This document shows, piece by piece, positions 45,354 through 57,354 of a stretch of DNA of 64,000 nt. The DNA comes from an uncultured Selenomonadales bacterium (GTDB lineage: Bacteria > Bacillota > Negativicutes > Selenomonadales > Selenomonadaceae): contig OMYB01000005.1 in assembly GCA_900315155.1 (NCBI GenBank), forward strand, positions 11,284 to 75,283, in the 5' to 3' direction. How positions within the stretch are numbered: the stretch's first letter is position 1; each line of letters starts with the position of its first letter. The translations under genes were made by a program, and so were the position numbers. The notes under the pieces were generated by a model. That model worked only from the letters and a program-made list of their open reading frames with translations, was not told the origin of the DNA and searched no databases.

Positions 45354-46346
45354 ATGGCGAAGAAAAGGGTTCTCCGGCGTTACTCCGAGCTGGGGCTCGA
45401 GACGCCGAAAACCATCATCCCGCGCTGGGTCGCCAGCAAGGGGCCGGCTTTTCAACGCAAATTCATGGAGCACATGGTCCTCTGGCTGTGGCCGCAGTTC
45501 GCCGGCGAGGCGGTCGCGCGGCAGGTCAAGGCCATGGGTATCCGCAATAAGACCCTGCATCTGTTCGGGGAGAACAGCTCCATGAACAACCAGGTGCAGA
45601 TGATGGGCGAGATCATCGTCAAGCGGATCAACGACTATGCCCAGTACCCGGTCATCCACCGCATCTATGTCGGCAGGCGCTGGGAGCACCCCGATACGGA
45701 GGGCATGGAGGAGATTCACCGCAAGCTCGTCGCCGATGAAATCAAAAAAGCGAAGGAGCATATCGGCCATCAGATCCAGCGCGAGAACCTCAGTGAGGCA
45801 AAGATCCGTCAGGCCGAAGCCATGGCGAAAAAGGTCGAGGATGAGGACCTCCAGAAGGTGATCCAGCGCGTCTACCAGCATCATCTGCAGGCGAACCAGC
45901 TGAAAGAAAAGAAGGGCTGGCATCCCTGCCTCGACTGCGGCACGCTATGCGAGCGGGATGCCGTCTACTGCCAGCGCTGTGCGATGAAGCACGAGGCAGA
46001 GCTGCGCCATGCCATCGCGAGGGTGCTGCGGGAGATCCCGTGGGCGCGGTACCCGCAGGTACATGAGTATGTGCCAAACTGCACGCCGGCGATCATCGCT
46101 AAAGTGCGTGAGGAGCTCGTGCTGGAGCTGGCGCGGATCATCGACGTCCGCGACCGCACGAGCCTCGAGGCAAAGACGCTCGTGATGCTATACTGTTGCA
46201 TTCCGCCGGAACAGCTGACGGAGGAGCTCATCAACCGTACACTTTACCGCCTGCGGTTTAATCTCGTGATACCGAAGGACTACAAGATGCCGAAGCGCTA
46301 TGACATCATCAATTGGGGCCATAAAGGCAAAGAGAAAAAGGACTGA
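45354..46346 (+). CDS. DUF721 (DciA-like) domain protein with long C-terminal extension containing a zinc ribbon
   Basis: N-terminus reads ...WLWPQFAGEAVARQVKAMGIRNKTLHLFGENSSMNNQVQMM..IIVKRIN. There is a K/E-rich segment and CLDCG...CQRC. Confidence 0.7.
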   Translation: MAKKRVLRRYSELGLETPKTIIPRWVASKGPAFQRKFMEHMVLWLWPQFAGEAVARQVKAMGIRNKTLHLFGENSSMNNQVQMMGEIIVKRINDYAQYPVIHRIYVGRRWEHPDTEGMEEIHRKLVADEIKKAKEHIGHQIQRENLSEAKIRQAEAMAKKVEDEDLQKVIQRVYQHHLQANQLKEKKGWHPCLDCGTLCERDAVYCQRCAMKHEAELRHAIARVLREIPWARYPQVHEYVPNCTPAIIAKVREELVLELARIIDVRDRTSLEAKTLVMLYCCIPPEQLTEELINRTLYRLRFNLVIPKDYKMPKRYDIINWGHKGKEKKD

Positions 46347-46351
46347 GAGCG

Positions 46352-46663
46352 ATGTACCTGCATCTGGGAGACGGACGGAGAGTCGCTGCGGCGGATGTCG
46401 TGGCCATCTATGATGCCAGCATGTTCCGCGGAAAGCGCGCCTCCTGCCCCGACAACTGCCGCGCGCTCCTGAGCGCCATGCGGGCGGATGAGGAGCCGGC
46501 GGAGCTGAGCGACCCGCATATCCAGTCCGTCATCGTCACGGATAGCAAGGTCTATTTCTCGGCGATATCCTCCGTGACGCTGGGGCGGCGCCTCGCGAAT
46601 CCCCTGGCGCGGACGAACGTGCTGCTGGATGTGAGGAACGGGCGCGAGAGCATAACAACGTAA
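46352..46663 (+). CDS. remB: DUF370 protein (RemB/YaaB-like)
   Basis: 103 aa: MYLHLGDGRRVAAADVVAIYD. It occupies the B. subtilis yaaB position directly upstream of gyrB. Confidence 0.7.
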   Translation: MYLHLGDGRRVAAADVVAIYDASMFRGKRASCPDNCRALLSAMRADEEPAELSDPHIQSVIVTDSKVYFSAISSVTLGRRLANPLARTNVLLDVRNGRESITT

Positions 46664-48775
<2,112 letters not shown>

Positions 48776-48815
48776 TCCGAAAATCTGCGAAATCTACTGC
48801 ATTCGCTGCATGTAT

Positions 48816-48878
48816 AAAAAAGGACGATTGCCGCATGAACCCTGTGGGGAACATGTTCGGGCAATCGTCCTTTTTTTA
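48816..48878. terminator. Bidirectional terminator after gyrB
   Basis: aaaaaggacgattgcc...ggcaatcgtccttttttt. Confidence 0.7.
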
Positions 48879-48911
48879 CTTACGCATGAGATGAGAAAGG
48901 ACCCGCTGCGC

Positions 48912-49550
48912 TCAGAACAGCAGCGATAGGATGGCTGCTATGGCGAAGTACGGGCCGTAGGCCATGTAGTCGAGGCGGCCTTTCTGTTTGGTGAGGAGCA
49001 TGACGAGGGCGACGAGGCCGGCGAGGACGATGCCGGTCATGGCGATGCCGGTGAGCGCCTCCGAGCCAAACCAGAGGCCGAGGGCGGCCATGAGCTTGAT
49101 GTCGCCGCCGCCGATGCCGCCCCGCGTGAGCACGGAGAGCAGCAGGAACACGACGCCGCCCGCCAGCGCCGCGAGGATGTGGTTCAGCAGCCCGCCCGTG
49201 CAGAGCGTGTAGACGAGTCCCAGAGCAGCGAATGGCAACAGCATGCGGTCGAAGATCACATGCTGCTCCCAGTCTGTGAGGGTAAAGAGCACACAGAAAT
49301 AGAGCATCGTCATGGCGCCGAGCCAGGTGATGACGGTGAAATGCCCCTGCAGCGAAGCAAAGCAGAACAGGAACCCCAGCGCCATCGTGAGAAACGACTG
49401 GCGCTTCTTTTCGTTCACACCCACACTCTGCGGATAGCTCAGCACATCCGGCTCAGCGGCATATAAGCGCGCAATCCAGCGCTGCCCCGCCAGCGACCCC
49501 GCCACAGCCAGCACAATCGAGAGAGCGACTTTCAGAATAGCAGCCAACAT
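48912..49550 (-). CDS. A24-family prepilin peptidase (TadV/CpaA-like, no methyltransferase domain)
   Basis: 212 aa, polytopic, with the GGGDIKLMAALG catalytic Asp motif. Confidence 0.85.
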   Translation of the reverse strand: MLAAILKVALSIVLAVAGSLAGQRWIARLYAAEPDVLSYPQSVGVNEKKRQSFLTMALGFLFCFASLQGHFTVITWLGAMTMLYFCVLFTLTDWEQHVIFDRMLLPFAALGLVYTLCTGGLLNHILAALAGGVVFLLLSVLTRGGIGGGDIKLMAALGLWFGSEALTGIAMTGIVLAGLVALVMLLTKQKGRLDYMAYGPYFAIAAILSLLF

Positions 49551-49693
49551 AGTGAAACCTCCTAAAAAATCCCATAAATCTTATCCCTATTCTACCCTTT
49601 CAGTTCCGTTTTGCCAATGCCAGACAATCCCGCTGCCTATATGGTCACGGAAAAAGATTGGACATAGGTCCTGTTCTTCGATAAAATAGAAAT

Positions 49694-50674
49694 TTGAGGA
49701 AGGAGAGGGTTGCGACGCCAAAGAAAACTATCACGATTATCGTGCCGTGCTATAACGAGGCTGAGGGATTGCCTCTTTTTTATGACGAGTGGAAGAAAGT
49801 AGTTCAGGACCTCTCTTATGAGTTTTTCCTGCTTTTGGTGGACGATGGCAGCGTGGATGCAACATGGTCCGTCATGGAGGAATTACGGGAGAAAGATGCC
49901 AGGGTATGCACGCTTGCCCTCTCTCGCAATTTCGGCAAAGAACTTGCGATGCTTGCGGGACTCGATTACGCGCAGGGCGATGCAGTTATTTTCATGGATG
50001 CCGATCTGCAGGACCCGCCATCGTTGATTCCTGCCATGCTGGCAGAGTGGGAGAAAGGCTATCAGGATGTCTATGCCCGTCGCCGGAGCCGTGAGGGCGA
50101 GACCTGGTTCAAGAAAAAGAGCTCGCACGTCTATTACTGGCTGCTGCGCCATATGGCGGATATTGATATCCCCATGGATGTGGGGGATTTCCGTCTGCTC
50201 GACCGTCAGGCTGTCGATGCCCTTTGCCGGCTTCGCGAGCGCAAACGTTATACAAAGGGGCTGTTCAGCTGGATCGGCTTCCGCAAAAAGGAAATTCTCT
50301 TTGACCGCCCGCCACGGGCGGCTGGTATGACGAAATGGAATTACTGGAAACTCACTCGTCTCGCCTTTGATGGCATTGCTTCTTTTTCCGAGGTTCCCTT
50401 GCACATCGCTTCCCTGCTCGGTCTCCTCTGCTCTGGCTCGGCGTTTCTCTACCTGCTCTTTATCTTTATCCGCACCTTGTTTTATGGTGATCCCGTGGCA
50501 GGATATCCGTCCCTGGTTTGCATTATCCTTTTCATTGGCGGTATCCAGCTCATTGTGCTTGGCATCATGGGAGAGTATATCGGGCGGATATATAGCGAGG
50601 CAAAACACCGTCCGGATTATCTGGTCATGGCGTGGCATGGAGACTCCAAGGAAGGGAAATTTGAAGAGAAATGA
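49694..50674 (+). CDS. GT2 polyprenyl-phosphate glycosyltransferase (GtrB/CsbB-like) with two C-terminal TM helices
   Basis: Has IIVPCYNE, DDGSVD and MDADLQDPP motifs. The TTG start is uncertain. Confidence 0.85.
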   Translation: MRKERVATPKKTITIIVPCYNEAEGLPLFYDEWKKVVQDLSYEFFLLLVDDGSVDATWSVMEELREKDARVCTLALSRNFGKELAMLAGLDYAQGDAVIFMDADLQDPPSLIPAMLAEWEKGYQDVYARRRSREGETWFKKKSSHVYYWLLRHMADIDIPMDVGDFRLLDRQAVDALCRLRERKRYTKGLFSWIGFRKKEILFDRPPRAAGMTKWNYWKLTRLAFDGIASFSEVPLHIASLLGLLCSGSAFLYLLFIFIRTLFYGDPVAGYPSLVCIILFIGGIQLIVLGIMGEYIGRIYSEAKHRPDYLVMAWHGDSKEGKFEEK

Positions 50675-52323
50675 TGATTTTTCAGGGTGCTCGAGCATGG
50701 AGAAATAAATATCTGCTTTGGTTGATATTTTCTGTGATTTTGGTTTGCTTGCCGATGTGCAGTCCGGATGCCACGATGATGTATATGCAGGATATGTTGT
50801 TTCATATGAATCGCATCGAGGGCATCAAGGAGAGTCTTTTGGCCGGCCAGTTTCCCGTTCGTATCCAGGGGTACCAGATGGATGGATATGGATATGCAGC
50901 AGGGGTATTCTATCCGGGGCTGTTTCTCTATTTCCCGGCAGTGCTTCGTCTGCTGGGCATTCCTGTCGGCTTATCGTATAACCTTTTTATCCTGTTCATC
51001 CAAGTTCTTACAGCAGGCTTTGCTTATTACGCATTTACCCTGTTTTTCCGTTCTCACAAGATGGGAGCGGTGGCGGCTTCCCTGTATGTGCTCTGTGGCT
51101 ATCGGCTGTATAATATCTTTATCCGTGGGGATGTAGGAGAGGCTGCAGCTATGGCTTTCCTGCCCTTGGCCTTGTTCAGCGTCTATGATGTCCTGTATCG
51201 GAATTCATCCCGCTGGTGGCTGGTTATTCTTTCCTATACCGGACTGCTGGAGACCCATCTGCTTACCTCGATGGTCTGTATTATCTATGCATTTGTCCTG
51301 TTGGGGATTCGGGCCATTCAACGCAGGGAAATTTTCTGGAAAAAGATTTTTTCCGTGCTGGGTATTACATTTTTACTCAATGCCTGGTTTTTGATTCCAT
51401 TCCTGGATTTTTATTTTCACGTGGCGGTCAATATCCAAGCTTCGCTGACGTCGATTCAGGAAAAGGGGCATTCCCTGCTGGAAGTCGTCTGGCTTCTGGC
51501 CGTTTGGCATACCGGGCTGATTTTCGGCATGGCTCTCTGTGGCTATTATCAACGAAAGCATGAGCTTACCGTACCTCTGAGAAAATGGTGGGCGGCGGCC
51601 TTTTTGCTCGTATGGATGGTTACCTACTGGTTTCCCTGGGATTTATTTTCCCGTATTCCTTTTTTGTCGACGGTCATTCAGACATTGCAGTATCCATGGC
51701 GGATGTATGAGTATGCAGCGATTGTCTTTACCTGTCTTGCTGCATGGGGATTGTTTACCTGGGCAGAGAGGAAAAACTGGAAAGAATGCAGTGCGGTGGT
51801 CTGTCTCTATGCAGCGGTATTCTTTGCCATACAGATTTATACGACAGGATTCTGGATTTCCACGAAAGAATATAATGAGCCGCTGCCATCTGATTATATC
51901 GCTTTGGGGTTTGCCTACGATTATCTGCCAAGAGGCGTGGATGACCGCATGGCAAAACAAATGTCAGGAAAACTGGATACGACAGCAGATATTCAGGATA
52001 TCCGAAAAATCGGTACGACGATGGACTTTTCCTATGCTAGTGATGCAGATGCGGAAGCAACGGCAGCATTGACCTGCTATCCCGGGTATCAGGCTGTTGA
52101 TGAACAGGGCAATCCTCTGACACTCGGCGAGGATGAGTGGCATCGACTTACCGTGCAGCTTCCGGCTGGTTCGCATTGGGTACATATCTCCTATGAAGAA
52201 AAGCCGGGATATCTCGCCGCGGATGGGATTTCGGTGCTGACACTTTTCGGGCTGGCTGGATATATTTACCGCCGACGCAAGGCTATCCAGGAAGATTGGA
52301 GGAATATCGATCGTGTGTCGTAA
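50671..52323 (+). CDS. Polytopic membrane protein, probable GT-C-fold glycosyltransferase
   Basis: 550 aa with about 12 TM segments followed by a soluble C-terminal domain. It overlaps the GT2 gene (ATGA). The function is inferred from context only. Confidence 0.55.
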   Translation: MMIFQGARAWRNKYLLWLIFSVILVCLPMCSPDATMMYMQDMLFHMNRIEGIKESLLAGQFPVRIQGYQMDGYGYAAGVFYPGLFLYFPAVLRLLGIPVGLSYNLFILFIQVLTAGFAYYAFTLFFRSHKMGAVAASLYVLCGYRLYNIFIRGDVGEAAAMAFLPLALFSVYDVLYRNSSRWWLVILSYTGLLETHLLTSMVCIIYAFVLLGIRAIQRREIFWKKIFSVLGITFLLNAWFLIPFLDFYFHVAVNIQASLTSIQEKGHSLLEVVWLLAVWHTGLIFGMALCGYYQRKHELTVPLRKWWAAAFLLVWMVTYWFPWDLFSRIPFLSTVIQTLQYPWRMYEYAAIVFTCLAAWGLFTWAERKNWKECSAVVCLYAAVFFAIQIYTTGFWISTKEYNEPLPSDYIALGFAYDYLPRGVDDRMAKQMSGKLDTTADIQDIRKIGTTMDFSYASDADAEATAALTCYPGYQAVDEQGNPLTLGEDEWHRLTVQLPAGSHWVHISYEEKPGYLAADGISVLTLFGLAGYIYRRRKAIQEDWRNIDRVS

Positions 52324-53728
52324 AACCGTGGCATCTTATGTCATCCTGCTTGCTATCTTTTCGTATATGCTCTTCCTGAATCAGATGATTCCGCTCTCTT
52401 TTGGGGATGACTATGTCTATCGCTATGTGTGGGACGGCAGTACGGGATGGAATATGTTCCATCCTTTGGAGGACAATGCACAGCTCGTGCAGAGCTGGTC
52501 GGACATCGTGCGTTCACAGTGGTCGCATTACTTCACATGGGGCGGCCGCACGGTCGCGCATACGATGGCCCAGTTCGTTCTCTGGCAGGGGAAGTGGCTG
52601 TTTAATCTTCTGGATGCAGGATTTACCGTGCTGCTCGTTGTACTCATTCATTGGATGAGCACGGGCGGCGAGGTGACGTGGCGGCTGAAGCCGACGCGCC
52701 TGCTCTTCATCTTCTTCTGCCTCTGGTCTTTCCAACCTATTTTTTCTGCCACATACTTTTGGATTATGGGGGCGTGCAACTATCTTTGGACGGCGTGTAT
52801 TGCGTTGGCTTTCCTGCTTCCCTATGTACGGCATTATTTTCGTGATCAGGGTAGCGACAGCCCAGTGTGGCGCACCACGCTTATGCTACCGTGCGGCATG
52901 ATCGCAGGCTGGACGAATGAGAATACGATATGCTGGTTCATCCTGGCTATTTTGCTCTACTGCATCCACTGCTATCGGCAGAAGCGTTTGGCAGCATGGA
53001 TGGTTTCCGGGTTGGTGGGCATGATGATAGGATATGTTTTTCTCATTTTTGCACCGGGGAATATGGTACGCAAGGGAGCCGAGCTGCAGATGGGACTTGT
53101 GACAGGGTGGTTGTTCCTGAAGCAGGCGTGCATGAACTTGTTTGTTCTGATGGTGTTTTCTTTTTTTCTGTTGCATTTTATTGAAAAAGGTTTATACAGA
53201 AAAGCGTATTTTGGCATCATCTGCCAGGCAGAAAAAAGGTTGCGTCTGATTCACATCAGTCTGGGTATGTTTGCAGGAATCGCAGGAATTATGTTTTTAT
53301 CACCAGACTTTCCACAGAGGTCCCTGTTCGGGTCTACGATTTTTTTGATTATCGCGGCATCGCTGATGGTGGAACTCATTCAGGTGACGGGACGCAATCA
53401 GCTGGATTTGTCGGTACGCCGCTTTCTGACTGGTGTAGCGGCGTTGTATATGGCTATGACCATGAGTGCTACGGCTTATGGTTATCATGAGATGCAGCAG
53501 ATGCATGCAGAGAATGAGCAAAGCATCCAACAGGCTTATGCAGAGGGCTGTCCAGAGCTGCTCGAAGTACAAAACGTTAAGATTCCTTTTTATTTGACCT
53601 TGCTGAGTGGATTTCATCTGGCGCCGACATCCCTTTCGGAGGATGAAAGCAATTGGATGAATGAGGATTATGCAAAATATCGAAACATTGCTCCAATCCG
53701 TGCAATTTCTAGTGGCAACGATCGTTAA
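52313..53728 (+). CDS. Polytopic membrane protein (DUF6056-like), probable second GT-C-type glycosyltransferase
   Basis: 471 aa. GTG start overlapping the upstream gene. Has an N-terminal FGDDYVY motif and multiple TM segments. Confidence 0.55.
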   Translation: MCRKTVASYVILLAIFSYMLFLNQMIPLSFGDDYVYRYVWDGSTGWNMFHPLEDNAQLVQSWSDIVRSQWSHYFTWGGRTVAHTMAQFVLWQGKWLFNLLDAGFTVLLVVLIHWMSTGGEVTWRLKPTRLLFIFFCLWSFQPIFSATYFWIMGACNYLWTACIALAFLLPYVRHYFRDQGSDSPVWRTTLMLPCGMIAGWTNENTICWFILAILLYCIHCYRQKRLAAWMVSGLVGMMIGYVFLIFAPGNMVRKGAELQMGLVTGWLFLKQACMNLFVLMVFSFFLLHFIEKGLYRKAYFGIICQAEKRLRLIHISLGMFAGIAGIMFLSPDFPQRSLFGSTIFLIIAASLMVELIQVTGRNQLDLSVRRFLTGVAALYMAMTMSATAYGYHEMQQMHAENEQSIQQAYAEGCPELLEVQNVKIPFYLTLLSGFHLAPTSLSEDESNWMNEDYAKYRNIAPIRAISSGNDR

Positions 53729-53823
53729 TTTATGCTATGATGAAGGTTAAGAGCATTCTTTATAAATAACGATACCCGATCGGGGATTTATCGGGTATCG
53801 GGAATGAGAGAAGGATACTGCGA

Positions 53824-54900
53824 ATGAAAGATTTCTTTTCCAAGCTGCCTAAGCTGCCGAAGCTGAATCTGCCGTTCAAGCATAAGCAGCCGGGTGGAAA
53901 GACACCGCTGAACCAGACGCAGCTGCTGGCTTTGGCGGGAGCATTCTGCTTTCTGCTCGCGTGTGTGACCTATTTCCTACTGCCTAGCGGAGAAGACACA
54001 GCGAAGAAGCAGGAGGTTCCCATGACGCAGGTCGTCGTGGCAAAGCAGGATATTCCGCAGCGCACAGTCATCAAGGAAAACATGCTGAAGGTTGTGGATA
54101 TGCCGCAGGATGCCGTTCCGGATGGTGCCATGCGCAGCGTCAGCGAGGCGGTGGATAAGCTGGCGAACGTTCCAATCCAGCAGGGCGATATCCTGACCGA
54201 CAAAAAAGTCATTACAGATCCGAAGCTGGCCGGCTTCGTCGGTATGATTCCGCCGGACTGCCGTGCCATTTCGGTCGGCATCTCGGATATCACCGGTATT
54301 GCCGGTTTTGCCAAACCGGGAGATTACGTCGATGTGATGATTATCCGGAAGAATAAGGGCCAGGGAAATGTTTCCGGCGAGATTCTCCTGCAGAATGTCC
54401 TTCTGCTCGGCCTCAACAAGACGGCTGCCAGCAATGGCGAAATGCAGAAAAGCGGTGGCGACAGCAAGGATAAGGATGCCAAGGATAAAGATAAGAAGAA
54501 TGGCGGCGGCAGCGATGCCAATGCATCCAAAGATGCCATGGCTACGGCGACGTTGGCACTGACCTCCGAGGAAGCGCTGAAGCTGGCTGTCGAGGCGCAG
54601 ACGGGTACGATATATCTGGTCCTGCGTCCGGTTACACCAAGTGATGTCTTTGCTATCGATACGGAATATACGACCGTGGATAGCGATACGGCGGAGAAAA
54701 CGAATGCGGCTCCGGCTGCACTGGCCCCGGCAGCGCCAGCTCCGTCTGCCTCCTCGTCCTACCATTCCTCCCCTGCCCCATCGTACTCATCCCCGGCCCC
54801 GGCAGCCCCGGTTTCTGCACCGGCTGTACAGGCGCCAAGCGTGGATGATGGCATCGAGGTTATCCGTGGTGTCGAGTCGAAAATGGAGGGTGGAAACTGA
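53824..54900 (+). CDS. cpaB: Flp pilus assembly protein CpaB/RcpC (SAF domain) with P/A/S-rich tail
   Basis: TM anchor, the SAF region VVVAKQDIPQRTVIKENML, and a C-terminal APAP/SS low-complexity stretch. Confidence 0.85.
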   Translation: MKDFFSKLPKLPKLNLPFKHKQPGGKTPLNQTQLLALAGAFCFLLACVTYFLLPSGEDTAKKQEVPMTQVVVAKQDIPQRTVIKENMLKVVDMPQDAVPDGAMRSVSEAVDKLANVPIQQGDILTDKKVITDPKLAGFVGMIPPDCRAISVGISDITGIAGFAKPGDYVDVMIIRKNKGQGNVSGEILLQNVLLLGLNKTAASNGEMQKSGGDSKDKDAKDKDKKNGGGSDANASKDAMATATLALTSEEALKLAVEAQTGTIYLVLRPVTPSDVFAIDTEYTTVDSDTAEKTNAAPAALAPAAPAPSASSSYHSSPAPSYSSPAPAAPVSAPAVQAPSVDDGIEVIRGVESKMEGGN

Positions 54901-54902
54901 GT

Positions 54903-56483
54903 ATGTTTAAGTCAAAATATGTTGCATCTGCCCTCGCTTCTGCAGTGGTCGTGGCATTTTCGGCCGCGCCGGCTTATGCCTATGTACAGCCGATCTATCT
55001 CGAGGTCAACCAGTCCTACTACATGCCGCAGAACAGCGCCATCAAGCGGATTGCCGTTACGAACCAGAAAATTGCTGATGTGAAAGTCCTGAACAAGCAT
55101 GCCATCAACATTGTGGCCCTTGGCCCAGGCTCGACCAGCCTGACAGTTTGGAACGTCAATGGCATGCGTCAGGAATTCGTAATCAGCGTTACGCAGTCGG
55201 ACTCCAATCTCGCCAACCTGATTCAGAAAGCGATTGGGCTGCCACATGTCAAGGTAGAAAAAGTAGGCAGCAAGATTCTTCTGAGTGGTAAGGTCGTCAA
55301 TCAGCGCGAAAAAGACAGGGCGATTAAGATTGCTTCGTTGTATCTTGACAGCACAGTAACGAAGGAGCATACCTCTAATGTTGGCAGTACATCAACATCC
55401 AGCGATGATGATACGAATTTGGATTTGCCGAATGATGATGGTGAGCTCGTCAATGAGAATATCGTTGATTTACTGGAACTGGAGAACCCGGATCAGATCA
55501 ATATCGAAGCTCAGGTTGTTGAAATCAGCACCGATGATGCGAAAGAATTAGGTGTGGAGTATGGTGGTGATAGCAGTGTCAATTCACCAGGGACCTATTA
55601 TGCAGCAGAAGGAACGGTAACGCGCGATAAAGGTTCGCATTGGTACAGCCGGAACTGGTTATTTACGCATTTTTCCAACATCAATACTAAGATTCATTAT
55701 TTAGTTACGAATGGCAAGGCACGGATTATTTCCAGACCGAATATCACGACCATGAGCGGGAAAAATGCAGGCATTCTCATCGGTGGTCAGATTCCCTATC
55801 CAAAAGCGGATTCTAACGGATCGACGGATGTAGAATTCAAGTCCTATGGTATTCAGCTGAAGCTGCTGAAACCAGAGGTAGACCGCGAAGGCAATATTAC
55901 CGCTAAATTGTTTGCCGGAGTCAGCCGGTTGGATTGGGCGAATGCTGTGACGGCAAATGGATATAACATGCCAGGCTTGGCAACCCGTTCGGCTGAGACG
56001 ATGGTCAATGTACCGTCCGGTATGACTATGGCAATCGGTGGATTGATGAACTCGGATGATGCCGATACCATCAGCAGTGTTCCGTTACTGGGCAAGATTC
56101 CGGTTTTGGGCAATTTGTTCAAGTACCATAACAAGACCAAGCAGAAGACGGAAATCCTCATCCTGATTACGCCGCGTGTTGTCAATGAAACGACGCCAGT
56201 CAAGATGACGCCGGAGATGAAGGATGCCCATATCGATGTCCGGAATGAGGATCAGGCGATGTACCGCATCAATCTGAATGAGTCGGTCGAAGATATCATG
56301 AAGGACGCTGAGAAGCAGGATGTAGCAAGAGTTCAGACTGCTTCCTCAAAGAAAAAGGCCGAAAAACAGGCACAGGAAAAGGCGAAGAAGCAGGAGAAGC
56401 AGAAGCTCAGCGAAAAGAAGGACTCCATCCTCGGCAAGTACCTGGACCAGGATGTCCTCCAGCCCGCTGAAAAGGCAAACTGA
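54903..56483 (+). CDS. cpaC: Tad secretin CpaC/RcpA
   Basis: Signal peptide, pilus N-domain, BON-like region, secretin core (VPLLGKIPVLGNLF...ILITPRVV) and a K/E-rich tail. Confidence 0.85.
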   Translation: MFKSKYVASALASAVVVAFSAAPAYAYVQPIYLEVNQSYYMPQNSAIKRIAVTNQKIADVKVLNKHAINIVALGPGSTSLTVWNVNGMRQEFVISVTQSDSNLANLIQKAIGLPHVKVEKVGSKILLSGKVVNQREKDRAIKIASLYLDSTVTKEHTSNVGSTSTSSDDDTNLDLPNDDGELVNENIVDLLELENPDQINIEAQVVEISTDDAKELGVEYGGDSSVNSPGTYYAAEGTVTRDKGSHWYSRNWLFTHFSNINTKIHYLVTNGKARIISRPNITTMSGKNAGILIGGQIPYPKADSNGSTDVEFKSYGIQLKLLKPEVDREGNITAKLFAGVSRLDWANAVTANGYNMPGLATRSAETMVNVPSGMTMAIGGLMNSDDADTISSVPLLGKIPVLGNLFKYHNKTKQKTEILILITPRVVNETTPVKMTPEMKDAHIDVRNEDQAMYRINLNESVEDIMKDAEKQDVARVQTASSKKKAEKQAQEKAKKQEKQKLSEKKDSILGKYLDQDVLQPAEKAN

Positions 56484-56498
56484 AGGGAGGGATAACAC

Positions 56499-57347
56499 GT
56501 GGCAGAAGAAACGATCAGCTGTCCGATTATCACGTTTTTCAGTACCGCGTCTTCGGTGGGGAAAACCTTGGTCAGCACGAATTCCGCGGCGGAATTGGCA
56601 CGCGAAGGCTACAGTGTCTGCCTCGTGGATTTCGACCTGCAGTTCGGCGATGTCTGTAATTATCTTCAGCTGATGCCGGAAAACACGGTGGCGGATGTCC
56701 AGCAGGGTATGGCTTCGGAAGGTGCGGATTGCCAGATTCAGGATTACCTGACGGTCTATGAGCATGAAAATGTCCAGTTCGAGGTCATGGCTGCGCCGCT
56801 GAAGCTCGAGGAAGCCTATAACATCAAGACATCCCCGATGAAGATCATGCTGCAGCAGCTGCAGAAGATGTTCGATTACATCGTCGTGGATACGACATCG
56901 ATGTTCAGTGAACTGAATCTGGCTGTCCTGGATATGAGTACCGTGGTCATATTCCTGGGTATACGCGACTTCTTCCCTACCATCAAGAATATGAGTATCG
57001 GCAATGAGACGCTGAAGAATCTGCACTATGATCAGAACAAATTGCGCATCGTGCTGAACCGAGGCGATTCCCAATCCGATATTCCCATGGAACTGGTCAC
57101 GAAGACGCTCGGTGAGGATTTCTATTATATCCTGCCCAATGATTTCCGGGTGGCGAACCATTCCATCAAAAGCGGCGTTCCTTTGGTTTTGGAACAGGAA
57201 AACAACCGGCTCAGTGATGCGTTGCGTGAGCTCGTTTCCCAGTCGACGAATCAGGAATACCGTCCCGAGGATGGCCCCATGGAAACGTATCATCATGAGA
57301 ACAGTGGCGGAGGTTTCCTGAGCCGCTTGTTCGGCGGAAAGGAGTGA
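56499..57347 (+). CDS. TadZ/CpaE-like ParA-family protein lacking a receiver domain, with degenerate Walker A
   Basis: 282 aa. The P-loop region reads FFSTASSVGKT instead of KGGxGKT. GTG start after GAAGGGAGGG. Confidence 0.7.
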   Translation: MAEETISCPIITFFSTASSVGKTLVSTNSAAELAREGYSVCLVDFDLQFGDVCNYLQLMPENTVADVQQGMASEGADCQIQDYLTVYEHENVQFEVMAAPLKLEEAYNIKTSPMKIMLQQLQKMFDYIVVDTTSMFSELNLAVLDMSTVVIFLGIRDFFPTIKNMSIGNETLKNLHYDQNKLRIVLNRGDSQSDIPMELVTKTLGEDFYYILPNDFRVANHSIKSGVPLVLEQENNRLSDALRELVSQSTNQEYRPEDGPMETYHHENSGGGFLSRLFGGKE

Positions 57348-57354
57348 GGAAGCT

